Virus record (IMG/VR): IMGVR_UViG_3300010163_000016
Span: 19,772 to 83,771 of that record
Length of the DNA stretch: 64,000 nucleotides
Reading direction: 5' to 3' (one strand)
Source: a virus
Taxonomy: Duplodnaviria; Caudoviricetes
The position numbers and the translations under genes were made by a program. Shown piece by piece: positions 7,770 to 18,065 of this stretch (within the stretch, counting starts at the first letter, position 1; every line of letters starts with the position of its first letter). The notes beneath the pieces were generated by a model, which was given only the letters and a program-made list of their open reading frames with translations, did not search any database and was not told the DNA's origin.

Positions 7770-8510
7770 TTTTTTGTGGTTATACGCTCAAGCGGACGCA
7801 CTTTCCGGGTGGAAAATGCGCCCTATCAGCGTATAACGTGCCGTATCTCATAACTACGGCACGTTTGTTAACATTATGTTTTGTGTGCAGTGTTCGCGCA
7901 TCATGCACAATTCACCGCACCTTACCCCGCCGAACCGTCTAAATTCGGCTGATAAGTCAGCCGTGCAGTCGTGGCAATCAGTCCCGCATTTACGGCTTGA
8001 CGCTCTTGCACGTGGGCCACTTGTTTTCCGGCAGGTATCACCCTACCCCGGGGCGGCGGCATCCGCCCGGCTTGCTACTTTCAGCGGTTCAGATTTACAG
8101 GTTGTAAGGCTGTAAACTTCCCCTAAATGCGCCGCTAGGGTATGTGTAGCTTGCGCCACTACACGCCAGCCCCGAACGCAAGTTATAAATCACGCTTTAC
8201 CAGGCCCGCACCAAATCCGACGTTACTAGATTTCACGCCCCTATACCTTGCGGTATAGGCCCCGTAACGGGTGGCAGGTGTTCCTGGCACTACATGGACT
8301 TGTCAAGGTGCGCACCGCCTGACCGGTTATCAAGCGGGCCTGTAATTTACGCCCTACAGGTAAGGCACGGTGCTGACTGCTACAGCTTGCGCCGTAGCCG
8401 CTAGGGTTGCTGTCAGTCCTGTGATACGGATTTTACTACTTGTACTCTTGACACTCGCCGCCGTGGGCCACGCTCTCGCTGCCCGTGTTCGGCGGCTCCT
8501 GTCTGGTACT
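7770..8510 (-). ncRNA. Candidate large structured ncRNA or leader (~750 nt)
   Basis: No credible ORF; several perfect hairpins, three closed by GCAA tetraloops on the minus strand; begins just downstream of a consensus promoter. Confidence 0.5.
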
Positions 8511-8516
8511 GTAACA

Positions 8517-8545
8517 ATACTATCACGGATTTTACCACTTGTCAA
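8517..8545 (-). promoter_or_regulatory. Leftward sigma-A promoter (copy 1)
   Basis: TTGACA-17-TAGTAT. Confidence 0.75.
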
Positions 8546-8645
8546 CCCTAAATTTCGGCCTTTGAAGTTTTGGCGTCCCGCCTCTCCCGTCTCCCGGTGA
8601 GCGGTGCCCGCCTCTGTCCGCGGCCTCTTTGTTTGGTACGGTCAT

Positions 8646-8674
8646 AGGATATCACGGATTTTACCACTTGTCAA
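8646..8674 (-). promoter_or_regulatory. Leftward sigma-A promoter (copy 2)
   Basis: TTGACA-17-TATCCT; spacer identical to copy 1. Confidence 0.7.
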
Positions 8675-9310
8675 CCCCCATTTTCAATTTTTTTTGAAAT
8701 TTTTTTGAAATTTTTTTCGTGTGTCCGTTTTTGGGCATTATAATGTATAGGGGGATGTTTGATCTGTTTGGGTGTATTGTTTTCTGGTTTTTTAACGATG
8801 TTTCTGATGTTTTGATGTTTTAGTTTTACTGTATTTCTTGTTCTATATTCCAGTTTTGCTGTATTAGGTCTACATGTGTAGACCGACTATACTATATATC
8901 ACATAGTATCATCAGATGAGGTAGTCTATGTGGTATACTATCATTTAACCACATTGGGTAATGGGGGGTATTTTAGACTTATTAGTACATAATTCCATTG
9001 ATTTTCCGCCTAGTTGTCATATTTCTTCATTCAGAAAAGCAAAAATTTGAGATGCTACAAAACGACCCCCTATTTGATTGTATATCTTATTTTGGAACCT
9101 TCTCAGCATACCGAAAACTAACCTTTCCATCCACAAATCGTTAGAGGATCAAGCAGCATCGAACCGCACTTATTTAATGCCGCAATCTGGAGAGTATTTT
9201 AATATAAAGATAATCTTACAAATTGAAGAATTCTTGTATATTTTCGATTGAAACATCTGCATTTTTAATCTGTTTTATTAGATTATTCTAATATTTTTTG
9301 GTATTTTGTC

Positions 9311-9339
9311 TTGACAAATTGCAGCATTTGTGTTATCAT
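9311..9339 (+). promoter_or_regulatory. Rightward sigma-A promoter of the recombinase gene
   Basis: TTGACA-17-TATCAT with extended TG. Confidence 0.7.
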
Positions 9340-9394
9340 ATATTTGAGAAAAAGGTTAGAGAGCAGGGACACGGCAGCCAAAGGAGGGTAGCCC

Positions 9395-10165
9395 ATGTCC
9401 GTGATCCAGCTCCAGCAATTTATACAGCCAGTTCCCCATCAATTCAGGAGACCACGCAACATCACAATAGTCAATTCCATATTCAATGACACGACCCCGG
9501 AACCCAAGAGGCACCCGGCTGATCCGCTGAAGGATAGTAACGATATCAAGCGGATATGCGATTTTCTGGTAGAGCATCAACGCTACCGTGATAATCTGCT
9601 GTTTACAGCTGGCGTCAATCTTGGTTTTCGGTGCGGCGACCTGCTTCAGCTCAAGTGGGGTCATCTGCTTTACCCAGATGGCAGCTACAGAGCTTCGGTC
9701 ACACTGCAGGAGCAGAAGACCAGCAAATGCAGAACCGCCTACTATTGCCAAGCGATATGGGATGCAGCCGATCTTTACCTTGAGAGGCTGGAGCGAGACT
9801 ATGGTGGCGTGGACCTGAATTCTTTTGTTTTTAAGGGGGAATCGAACCGTAATAACAGTGACAAGCCGCTGACCGTTTACTCAGTGGAACGCATCCTGAA
9901 GTCCGTTATTAACGACGAACTCCACATCGACATCAACGCCAGCACCCACTGCCTGAGAAAGACATTCGGCTACCATGTCGTAATGACTGCCCGCGACCGC
10001 ACCCGTGCTGTGGAGCTGCTTCAGAAAATCTTCGGACACTCCTCCCCTTCCATCACGCTTGCCTATATCGGCATCACCAACGAAGAAATCCGGAGTGTCT
10101 ATGAGAATCTGAACCTTGGATTGCTGAACCCGGCACAGTGCTGCGGCGTGGAGATGGCTGGTTGA
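9395..10165 (+). CDS. Tyrosine recombinase (XerC-like, catalytic domain only)
   Basis: Complete R..K..HxxR..H..Y set: 'GFRCGDL','EQKTSK','HCLRKTFG','GHSS...TLAYIG'. Confidence 0.9.
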   Translation: MSVIQLQQFIQPVPHQFRRPRNITIVNSIFNDTTPEPKRHPADPLKDSNDIKRICDFLVEHQRYRDNLLFTAGVNLGFRCGDLLQLKWGHLLYPDGSYRASVTLQEQKTSKCRTAYYCQAIWDAADLYLERLERDYGGVDLNSFVFKGESNRNNSDKPLTVYSVERILKSVINDELHIDINASTHCLRKTFGYHVVMTARDRTRAVELLQKIFGHSSPSITLAYIGITNEEIRSVYENLNLGLLNPAQCCGVEMAG

Positions 10166-10840
10166 GGAGGGCACGTTTGGAGATAGAAGTCAACAGAAAA
10201 AAGAAAGAACCGGCGCCAGCCTCCGACTAGATGTGCGGTGACGGGAGAAGGGCCAGCTACGTCCTCCTCCCTACCGCAGAATCTGCCGAGAAGAAACATC
10301 CCTCCCAAGGAACATGACGGTCTGCTCCTGCACCAATAAAAATGGAGGTGTACAAGTAAGCGAAGCGCCTGCGGCGAGCCTGCCTGTAGACAAAGATGGA
10401 TGTAGGGGTGCTGGTCGGCAGCTGGTCCCGCATGAACCTTCCTCCCTGCTGAACGGCAGGCGAGCTATGATATATGTGGGAAGAACTATGATGGAGCGGT
10501 CCTTGAGACTGGGCGCCCTGCTGGACGGGCACGCGCACCTTGAAAAATGAATATTGTATTCCACAAAGTCCCCAAGCAAATCACAGCGACGGTGAAGAGG
10601 CTATGAGATCAAGAGAAGCCTCCAATGATATGCGTCACTAACCGCCGGCCATCCGCCCTGCGGACGGGTTCGTCAGTTAGTGAACGATATCAGAACAATG
10701 TTTGCTTCTTTTCTAAAGGAACGTCAGTCAATCCCTTGCGCCCCAAGGGTTTGCGCTTACGTTTGTGACCTCGATGGTCACAAATCCATTTTTCGGCCCC
10801 ATTTTAGCTCCTCGTCGCCAAATTTTCAGAAAGGAACTGA

Positions 10841-11164
10841 ATGAGAAAAGCAACACAAACAAACGAATATATCTCTGGGCTCGGACTGGCCCATGCCGGA
10901 GGCTACTTCAGCGAGGCACATTACCGCGCTATGCTTCGCAACATGGCCCCTGGCTGTGACGTAGAAGCCAGCTCTACAAAGCAGGGCGGCACCATCACCC
11001 GCATCATCCGAAACATCTATGGCGCTCCTGTGTGCGTCCAGGTAGCGACCGGAGAAGGGCATAAACAGATCGACTTCATATCTGTGGATCGCATCGACTG
11101 TTTCGAGCCGACCCGTGAGTGCGCCGGTTATTACGACGACCTGGCCGCCGGGATGTATGATTAG
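10841..11164 (+). CDS. Hypothetical protein
   Basis: AAAGGA RBS; 107 aa. Confidence 0.6.
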   Translation: MRKATQTNEYISGLGLAHAGGYFSEAHYRAMLRNMAPGCDVEASSTKQGGTITRIIRNIYGAPVCVQVATGEGHKQIDFISVDRIDCFEPTRECAGYYDDLAAGMYD

Positions 11165-11175
11165 GGGGTGGCGCT

Positions 11176-12468
11176 TTGATCCATGTCTGCGACGCTATTA
11201 TGGGCAGCGGCAAGACCCAGGCAGCCATGGCGTTCATGAACGCACACCCTCGTCAAAAGTTCATTTATATTTCCCCCTACAAGACGGATGGCCCCAACGT
11301 GGCGGCCGCCTGCCCTTCCCTACACTTTGCGCTTCCCGCCAACATCCCTGCTTATAGCTTCTCCAAGACAGAGCACTGCCGAAAGCTGCTGGAACGGGGA
11401 AAGAATATTGCCTGTACGCACGAACTGTTCAAAAGATATAACCGTGATGTCCTTGACATCATTCGGGAGCAAGGGTACACACTTATCATAGACGAAGAAG
11501 TCTCCGTCCTGGAGGAATGCGATCTGCATCCAGACGACTTGGAGCTTTTGAAAGCGGGCGGGTATGTCACAGACGCCCCCGGGGGCTGCATTCAACCTAC
11601 AGAGCGCCGGTATTACGGGAACGCCTTCAAGGAGTTATTCCGGGTCATGGAAAGCCGTAGTCTGAACCGCTGCGGTGAGGATAGCGAGGAAAAATATTTT
11701 TACTGGCAGCTCCCTCCCGATCTGCTGCTTGCGTTCGAAGACGTCTATATCCTGACTTTTATGTTTTATTGCCAGGACATCAGATATATGCTCGACATTG
11801 GCGGGATCACATATCAGCACATCTATATTCGCCGGACAGGCGGCGGCAGGTATGCCTTCTCAGACGCTCCGAGCTATCTGCCGCCCTATGTGGCCCATCT
11901 CAGCGAAATGATCGACATTTACGAGGGCGAAAACCTTAACGCCGTTGGACGCCCACAGTTCCCGAGGGAATGTCCACTCTCCATGAATTGGTTTTCCAGT
12001 AAATCGGACCGTGCGGACGAGCTGCGAAAAAACCTGATCAATTACTTTGCCCATTACACAGATGGCGCTGACAGCAGCCGGAAAATGTGGGGAACATATA
12101 CCGATGGGCCGCGCAATCTTCTGAGCAGAAAAGGCTACGCCGGAGGCTTCGTGACCTTCAATATGAGAGGCAGTAACGAGTATCGAAATCGGGATTGGCT
12201 GGCCTACTGTGTCAATATTTACATGTCTCCCCGCATCGTGACCTATTACAGCCGGTTTGGTATCGAGCCAAACGGAGACGCTCGGGCTTTGTCCACGATG
12301 ATACAGTGGATTTGGCGCAGTGCCATCAGAGACGGCCAAAAGATACACATCTACATTCCCAGCGAGAGAATGCGCGGACTCCTCAAGGCATGGATAGCCG
12401 AGATGGAGTCTATGGCTCGCTCTGGCTCCTGGTGCAAGACGGAGGCGTTAGAGAATATAGCCTCTTAA
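11176..12468 (+). CDS. SF2 helicase-like protein
   Basis: Walker A 'DAIMGSGKT', Walker B 'LIIDEE', motif VI-like 'QWIWRSAIR'. Confidence 0.75.
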   Translation: MIHVCDAIMGSGKTQAAMAFMNAHPRQKFIYISPYKTDGPNVAAACPSLHFALPANIPAYSFSKTEHCRKLLERGKNIACTHELFKRYNRDVLDIIREQGYTLIIDEEVSVLEECDLHPDDLELLKAGGYVTDAPGGCIQPTERRYYGNAFKELFRVMESRSLNRCGEDSEEKYFYWQLPPDLLLAFEDVYILTFMFYCQDIRYMLDIGGITYQHIYIRRTGGGRYAFSDAPSYLPPYVAHLSEMIDIYEGENLNAVGRPQFPRECPLSMNWFSSKSDRADELRKNLINYFAHYTDGADSSRKMWGTYTDGPRNLLSRKGYAGGFVTFNMRGSNEYRNRDWLAYCVNIYMSPRIVTYYSRFGIEPNGDARALSTMIQWIWRSAIRDGQKIHIYIPSERMRGLLKAWIAEMESMARSGSWCKTEALENIAS

Positions 12469-12620
12469 TCTCCCTTTATCGCGCTATTCCCAATGGTTTA
12501 CATACATCATGTCATCGAACAAAAATGATCCTTTCTACCCGCCGGTGGGACGGCGGGCAGCACAGCCTTGCGGAGCGCGGGCGGCCATTGGCATCAACTA
12601 TGAAAGGATCACCATACATA

Positions 12621-12836
12621 ATGACCAACATCCCTTATATCTGCTGCGCCGACTGCATCTGGCGCGGCAAGTGTCCTGAACAGGACGCCGTCGGCGATCT
12701 GGACCAGTTCACCCTCACCGGAGTGATCTGTGACGATTATTCCCCGGCGGACGAGAGAGACCGCACAGACGACTACGAACAGGATTTAAAGGAAAGAGCG
12801 GCAGCCTACGACCCACTCCTGCGGGAGTTCCAGTGA
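12621..12836 (+). CDS. Small Cys-rich hypothetical protein
   Basis: AAAGGA RBS; 'CCADCIWRGKC...C'. Confidence 0.55.
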   Translation: MTNIPYICCADCIWRGKCPEQDAVGDLDQFTLTGVICDDYSPADERDRTDDYEQDLKERAAAYDPLLREFQ

Positions 12837-12854
12837 ATCTGGCTGGGAGAGGGG

Positions 12855-14529
12855 GTGCGAGGTATAGCTCTTTCCAGGCTCTATCCCATCTACAGCTTGC
12901 AGACCTCCGCGTTCTACACAGACGAGGAGGCTGAAATCGACCGTCAGCTCTGCGCCCTCCGCGTGAGGGCCAATCAGGGCAAAAAGTCCGGCGCAAGGAA
13001 AAAGAGCCGGCAGCAGCGGGAAAATGAGAAGCTCCCCCCGCTGACGAAAGCGGAGCGAAAGGAAAATATCCAACAAATCAAGACTGCAAAGGAGCGCCTG
13101 AAACAGAAGCTCCTTGAAAATATGAGTATCACCAGAACGGTGCGCCCAGAGTTCCTGGCCGACCGGAATATCATCTGCATCTTTGACTCCGACCTGACGC
13201 GCTCTCTGGGCCTGCGGGAGGATGCCTTGAACGACGCCATCATTATCGTCAAGGTCTATTATTACGAGGTGGCCGAGAGCATCATCAAGAACGGATTTTA
13301 CATGAATGGAGAGAAGTACGTCTTCTTCTCCGCCAGCGCCGGCCAGATCCGCACCAAGAAGTTTGTGGCCGTGAAGGAAACCGCTATCGCCCAGTGCATG
13401 GACAAGCTGACCTGCGGGCTGTCCCTGGAGCGGATCAACCGCCAGGGCGGCGTCAATGTGAACAAATATCTGGCCTATCTGGCCCTGTGCAACAGCGCAA
13501 CCGACCTGTGGGAAGATTTTGACATCGACCGCTGTATCGTGGTGGAGGATTTTGAAACGCAGGTCCCGGCTATGGTGGACCACATCACAGTGGAGGACGG
13601 CGCCATTGCCCGACGCCGGATGGATGTGCCAGTCACCCACACCGACGGCTGCGGCATGGTCCTCCCCTCCGTCTCCGCTAAAAATTTCATGGTGCGTCTG
13701 CCCTGGATCAAAGGGCTGCTGGCCGCCTTCCCCTTCGATAAGTTCATCCGGGAGGCCAACCGCCGGGACAGCACCGTGAATCACGGCCTCATCACCGACA
13801 TCTACGGCGTGGAGCATGACGTACTAGCGGAGGATATCCGCATCATCTTCACCCGCTCCCAATTCAAACTGGCGGGCCACTACGGTTCCTGGGATGAGTA
13901 CAAGGCAAATTTCAAGCAATTTGGCTGCTCTGCCGGGAAATGCAATGTGGAGGAGAGCTACATTCCCAACGCTCAATTCAACTATCAAATGCTACAGACT
14001 TTGAGCGATATGACAAGCGATGAATTGGAGGAATTGGCTTCCAAGACCAATGAGAAGATCCGGCGGCTCAGTTCGGACCGCGGGACGATGCTCCAGGTCT
14101 TTGGCGCGGCCAGGTTTGACCGGCGGGAGGAGCCCTTCCAGGAGTGCCTGCACATCTACCCGGAGCTTCTCCAGGACGCCTACTGTGTGGAGTCCCTGCG
14201 CTCCATCAAAAACAAGCTGGTCAAGGAGGGGCGGGGCGGCAGGCTGGACATCCGCGGGAAATACCTCTTTTTGATCCCTGACCTCTATGCCGCCTGCGAG
14301 CACTGGTTCCTGGGTGTTGAAACGCCCAGGGGGCTGCTGGCCGACGGCGAGGTCTATTGCCGCTCCTTCCCTGCCGACAAAAAGCTGGACTGCCTGCGCA
14401 GCCCCCATCTCTATCGGGAGCACGCTGTCCGCCGAAATGTGTTTGGAGAGGATGACGAGCGAAAGCGGTGGTTTGCCACCGACGGCATCTATACCAGCAG
14501 CTGGGATGTGATTTCGAAGATTTTACAGT
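12855..14529 (+). CDS. yonO: YonO-like single-subunit RNA polymerase, exon 1
   Basis: 'FFSASAGQIRTKK','TDGCGM','RLPWIKG','RSPHL..EH','SKILQ'; splicing restores Q-F-D-N-D-G-D. Confidence 0.88.
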
Positions 14530-15475
14530 AAACTATCTTGCTGTACCGGCTCGAAAGGGTCGGATATAAAACTCCGTGAACCCGTAATTGCGGGGTGTCT
14601 GCCCTATTAGCAGGCTAACGGTGAAGGCTTCATTGATAATACCGTGCTAAGATCAAACACGAGGTAAATCTAATTAGGAGGATTTACTGCAATCGAAGAA
14701 TTTAAAGAAATAAATTACCAGGGCATCCATTACAGAGTAGGAAACGAAGGTACCATATACAGAAATGGAAATCCAGCAAAAATCATTGTATCACCAGATG
14801 GTTATCACAAAGTATCTACCAAAACCAGCAATATCGGAGTGCATAGATTGGTAGCTATGTGTTGGGTAGAAAATGATGACCCTGGTACTAAAACCGAAGT
14901 AAACCATAAGGACTATTGCCGAACCAATAATCGTGCCAGTAATTTGGAATGGCTGTCTCATGCGGACAATATTCGGTATTCAGCTGGCAGGAAAAATATC
15001 CGTGGAGAAAGAAACCCGAATTATGGTAATAAAGCTTTGAGCAGGTTTTACCGCGATCACCATGATGTTGCAATCATAAAGCAGGGACGCCCAGGACTTC
15101 AAAATGGGCGATGCAGATCAATATCGGTATATAAGGACGGTTGTTTACTTCACACATTTGATATGGTGATTGATTGCTGCCGCTATCTCCAAAAAGAATA
15201 TGGAGTGTCTGCAAATCTGATATCCATTCGATGTCAGATTGACAGAAGCATCAGAGATGGAAAACCATATAAAGGGCTTACCTTTCAAAAATAAGTACTT
15301 TGTGTTTGATAAAAGTGTAACGACTATCGAACGGATAGCCGGCTGGGCTTCGGGTCAGCCGGTGAGGAACCAAGTAGAGTAGCTGTTGGGTGAAACTCCC
15401 GGCAGCGAAGCGCGGAGCACCTAAGTCCGAGAGGATATGGTGAAGAGATAGTCTGCCTCCGCTCCGGCGGAGACG
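14530..15475 (+). ncRNA. Group I intron (946 nt, IA2-like with extra P7 stems) in the RNAP gene
   Basis: P1 UACAGU(14524-29)/GCUGUA(14540-45) with U.G at the splice site; P3 CUCCGUG(14572-78)/CGCGGAG(15411-17); P7 GACUA(15322-26)/UAGUC(15449-53); terminal G15475. Confidence 0.9.
14692..15294 (+). CDS. Intron-encoded HNH homing endonuclease (NUMOD4/HNH_3-like)
   Basis: 'VHRLVA..W.......EVNHKD..RTNN..SNLEW....DNI'; the frame is open back to an ATC placed 10 nt after AGGAGG. Confidence 0.85.
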   Translation: MEEFKEINYQGIHYRVGNEGTIYRNGNPAKIIVSPDGYHKVSTKTSNIGVHRLVAMCWVENDDPGTKTEVNHKDYCRTNNRASNLEWLSHADNIRYSAGRKNIRGERNPNYGNKALSRFYRDHHDVAIIKQGRPGLQNGRCRSISVYKDGCLLHTFDMVIDCCRYLQKEYGVSANLISIRCQIDRSIRDGKPYKGLTFQK

Positions 15476-16473
15476 TTGATAATGACGGAGACAAGTCGCT
15501 GGTGTGCGCGGAGCCGGTGGTCATCGAGGCTGCTGAGCGCAACTGCAAGGATGTTGTTCCCCTGTACTATGAGATGAAAAAAGCCCCCGCCCATGTCCTT
15601 GACGCTGATCTGATGTGGCGGGGGATGAAAAACGCCTACGACGGCGGTAAGATCGGCCCCATCAGCAACAGCATTTCCAAGATATGGAACAGCGCCTCAC
15701 CGGATCTGGACGCTGTCAAGCTGCTGTGTGCCCAGAATAATTTCGTAATCGACTACGCGAAGACGTTATATATGCCTGACTGGCCGGAAGAGGCGGCGCT
15801 GCGGATGCAGCGGGCTTCCTCCGGCAAGGTCCCCCACTTCTTTATTTACGCCAAAGACAAGACCTCCCGACAGGTGGAACCGGCCAACAGCTCCGTGGTG
15901 AACCGGCTGGAAAAGATCGTCCGCTCCCCCAACCTGCGCTTTGAGAAGAGGGCTTTGGGCAAGTTCGACTACCGGATGCTCATGCACGATCCAAATACAC
16001 AGATCACCGAGGGGGACACGCCGGTCATCGAGGCATTCAACGGCTTGTCCGCCACATGCGGGAACCGCCTGTCCGAAAGCGAGAGCGGCAGGAACAGCCA
16101 GGGCCATGTGTTCCGCCAGATCCGGGAGGCTGTGCTGGAACTGGACGGCGACATCTCCCATGTGACGGACCTGTTGGTGCTCCAGCTTTTCAGCATCCAG
16201 AACAGCAAGCGAAAACGGGTGTTCTGGGGCTGCTTCGGAGATATCGTATTGGAGAACCTGCGCAGGAACATCGACCAAAACGCCATCCTGTGCGAGTGCT
16301 GCGGCCGGAGACTTCTCCCCACCACAAACCGCCAGCGGATGTGCTCAAACTGCGCAGAAAAGCAGGAGAGGGCGCTGACCCGGGATCGGGTGCGGCGTTA
16401 TCGGGAGCGGCGGAAAAATGTGACAAAGGGCGGTGAAAGTCTCCTGAAAAATGTGACGGCAGAAGCCGGATGA
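15476..16473 (+). CDS. yonO: YonO-like RNA polymerase, exon 2
   Basis: Begins TT GAT AAT GAC GGA GAC (catalytic DxDGD); C-terminal CxxC..CxxC zinc finger. Confidence 0.88.
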
Positions 16474-16491
16474 AAATAGTGTAACGGTTTG

Positions 16492-16539
16492 AAAAAAAGC
16501 CCGCGATCCATTGCAGCACAATGGATCGCGGGCTTTTTT
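16492..16539. terminator. Bidirectional intrinsic terminator
   Basis: AAAAAAAGCCCGCGATCCATTG-loop-CAATGGATCGCGGGCTTTTTT. Confidence 0.85.
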
Positions 16540-16782
16540 ATTTATTGGGCGAAGGGACGAAAAACCTTGTGGTTCTAACTTTTTCGGAGATTATCCCGGA
16601 AAAGGTTTGCCACGTTTAGGGAGAAAAACGGGTAATGGCTTGATATATGCACGATAAGCATCCGGGAGATAGCCCGCCCTCAAATGTTTTTTGACCGCTG
16701 CCCCCTCATGGAGCGGCCGACGGGCTATCTCTTCCCTCTGAACTGTCCTCCCGTTTGATCCCAAATTTGAAGAAAAGGATGA

Positions 16783-16998
16783 ATGGAATTGATCAAAGTT
16801 TCCCGGCAGGAAGCCGATATGATCCGGAGCCAGCTCCCGGCTGCCCGGGTCGTTACTGTCAACAGAAGCAAGTCCTACAAAAAATACTGGGCTGAGGAGA
16901 GCCGCGGTGTACTGCGTCTGCTGGGCCGCGACCGCGGAGAAAGCGGGCGGCGGGATCGCGGACGGGGGCAGCAGCCCCGGAACAGGGGCGTGCGGTGA
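16783..16998 (+). CDS. Small basic hypothetical protein
   Basis: AAAGGA RBS; coupled to the next gene. Confidence 0.6.
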   Translation: MELIKVSRQEADMIRSQLPAARVVTVNRSKSYKKYWAEESRGVLRLLGRDRGESGRRDRGRGQQPRNRGVR

Positions 16999-18065
16999 TG
17001 GACATGCGTGTAAGCGCCGTATCCCCTGAGCTGCTCTTTCCAGCTCCCGGGGAGGCCTACTATGACTATTTTGTCCGCCTGGCGACAAACAAAACAGCCT
17101 ACGGCCTTGATTGGTCCGCTATTGCCAAGCTGCTGAACCGGGAAAACGGCAACGACTTCGGCGAGTGTACCTACCGCAAATTCTTCAACGCCTTCCAGGC
17201 CGGTATGGAGTACGCCGCCCAGCGGACCGGAGGCGCCCCCTCCCCTGCGCCCGCCGCGGCAGACCGCATTCTCTGTCTCAGTGACTTTCACTACCCTTTC
17301 CAGCTTCCTGTTGAGACCTTTTCCAGATTCCGGGGCATTGACACCCTGATCCTCAACGGGGACCTGGCGGACATGCAGGCCATCAGCCGTTTTCCGAAGG
17401 AATACCGCATCAGCCCCATGGACGAGATGATCGGCGCCCGGGCCTACCTCATTGACCTCATCGACTACATGCATCCAAAGCGTGTCATCATCAACAAAGG
17501 CAACCATGAGGTCCGCTTTGGCTCCTATCTGGCGAAGTGCATGGACACGGAGCTGAAGGAACTGATGCCGGAGACGGCCCTGGACCTGATCGTGAACGAC
17601 GGCTTCCACCACTACGACAAGATGAAGCGGACAAAGGTGTGGTACGAGCCGATCAAAACGGCTTTTGATGGGGTTACGATCACATACACAGGGGATTGGT
17701 GGTGCAAATACGGTAAGACGGTCTTTGCCCATCCCCTCGCCTACTCCTCCGGTATGCTGAAAACCGCCGAAAAGGCGGCCAACTACTTTTATCGGGTCAC
17801 ATCTGATTTTGACGCCATTGTACTGGCCCACACCCACAAGCTGGGCATGTATGCCCAGGGCGGCGTGACCCTCTATGAGCAGGGCACATGCAGCCGCGTA
17901 GAGGCGCTGCGCTATGCGGACGGGCAGCTGACGAACCCCCAGCAGCAGGGGTTCTTATATCTTTGCCAGGATCGTGACGGGCATTTGCTGTTTGAGCAAT
18001 CCAGGCTGATCTCTATTGATTCCCCAAATGATAGGAAAGAGGTGGCGCCCCTTGACCAGAAATGA
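16995..18065 (+). CDS. Calcineurin-like metallophosphoesterase
   Basis: 'LSDFHYP','LNGDLAD','KGNHE','FAHP','AHTH'. Confidence 0.85.
   Translation: MMDMRVSAVSPELLFPAPGEAYYDYFVRLATNKTAYGLDWSAIAKLLNRENGNDFGECTYRKFFNAFQAGMEYAAQRTGGAPSPAPAAADRILCLSDFHYPFQLPVETFSRFRGIDTLILNGDLADMQAISRFPKEYRISPMDEMIGARAYLIDLIDYMHPKRVIINKGNHEVRFGSYLAKCMDTELKELMPETALDLIVNDGFHHYDKMKRTKVWYEPIKTAFDGVTITYTGDWWCKYGKTVFAHPLAYSSGMLKTAEKAANYFYRVTSDFDAIVLAHTHKLGMYAQGGVTLYEQGTCSRVEALRYADGQLTNPQQQGFLYLCQDRDGHLLFEQSRLISIDSPNDRKEVAPLDQK

Larger units (their letters stand above)
8426..8677. repeat. Direct repeat ACGGATTTTAC(C/T)ACTTGT x3 (8426, 8525, 8654); 28-bp identity between 8521-8548 and 8650-8677
   Basis: Read directly from the sequence. 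Confidence 0.85.

Noticed and set aside
8426-8677. CRISPR array
   Set aside because: Only three irregularly spaced copies that coincide with promoter elements; no cas genes.
10165-10840. ORF 10314..10550 and hairpins in this intergenic stretch
   Set aside because: No convincing start, motif or consistent structure, so no call can be supported.
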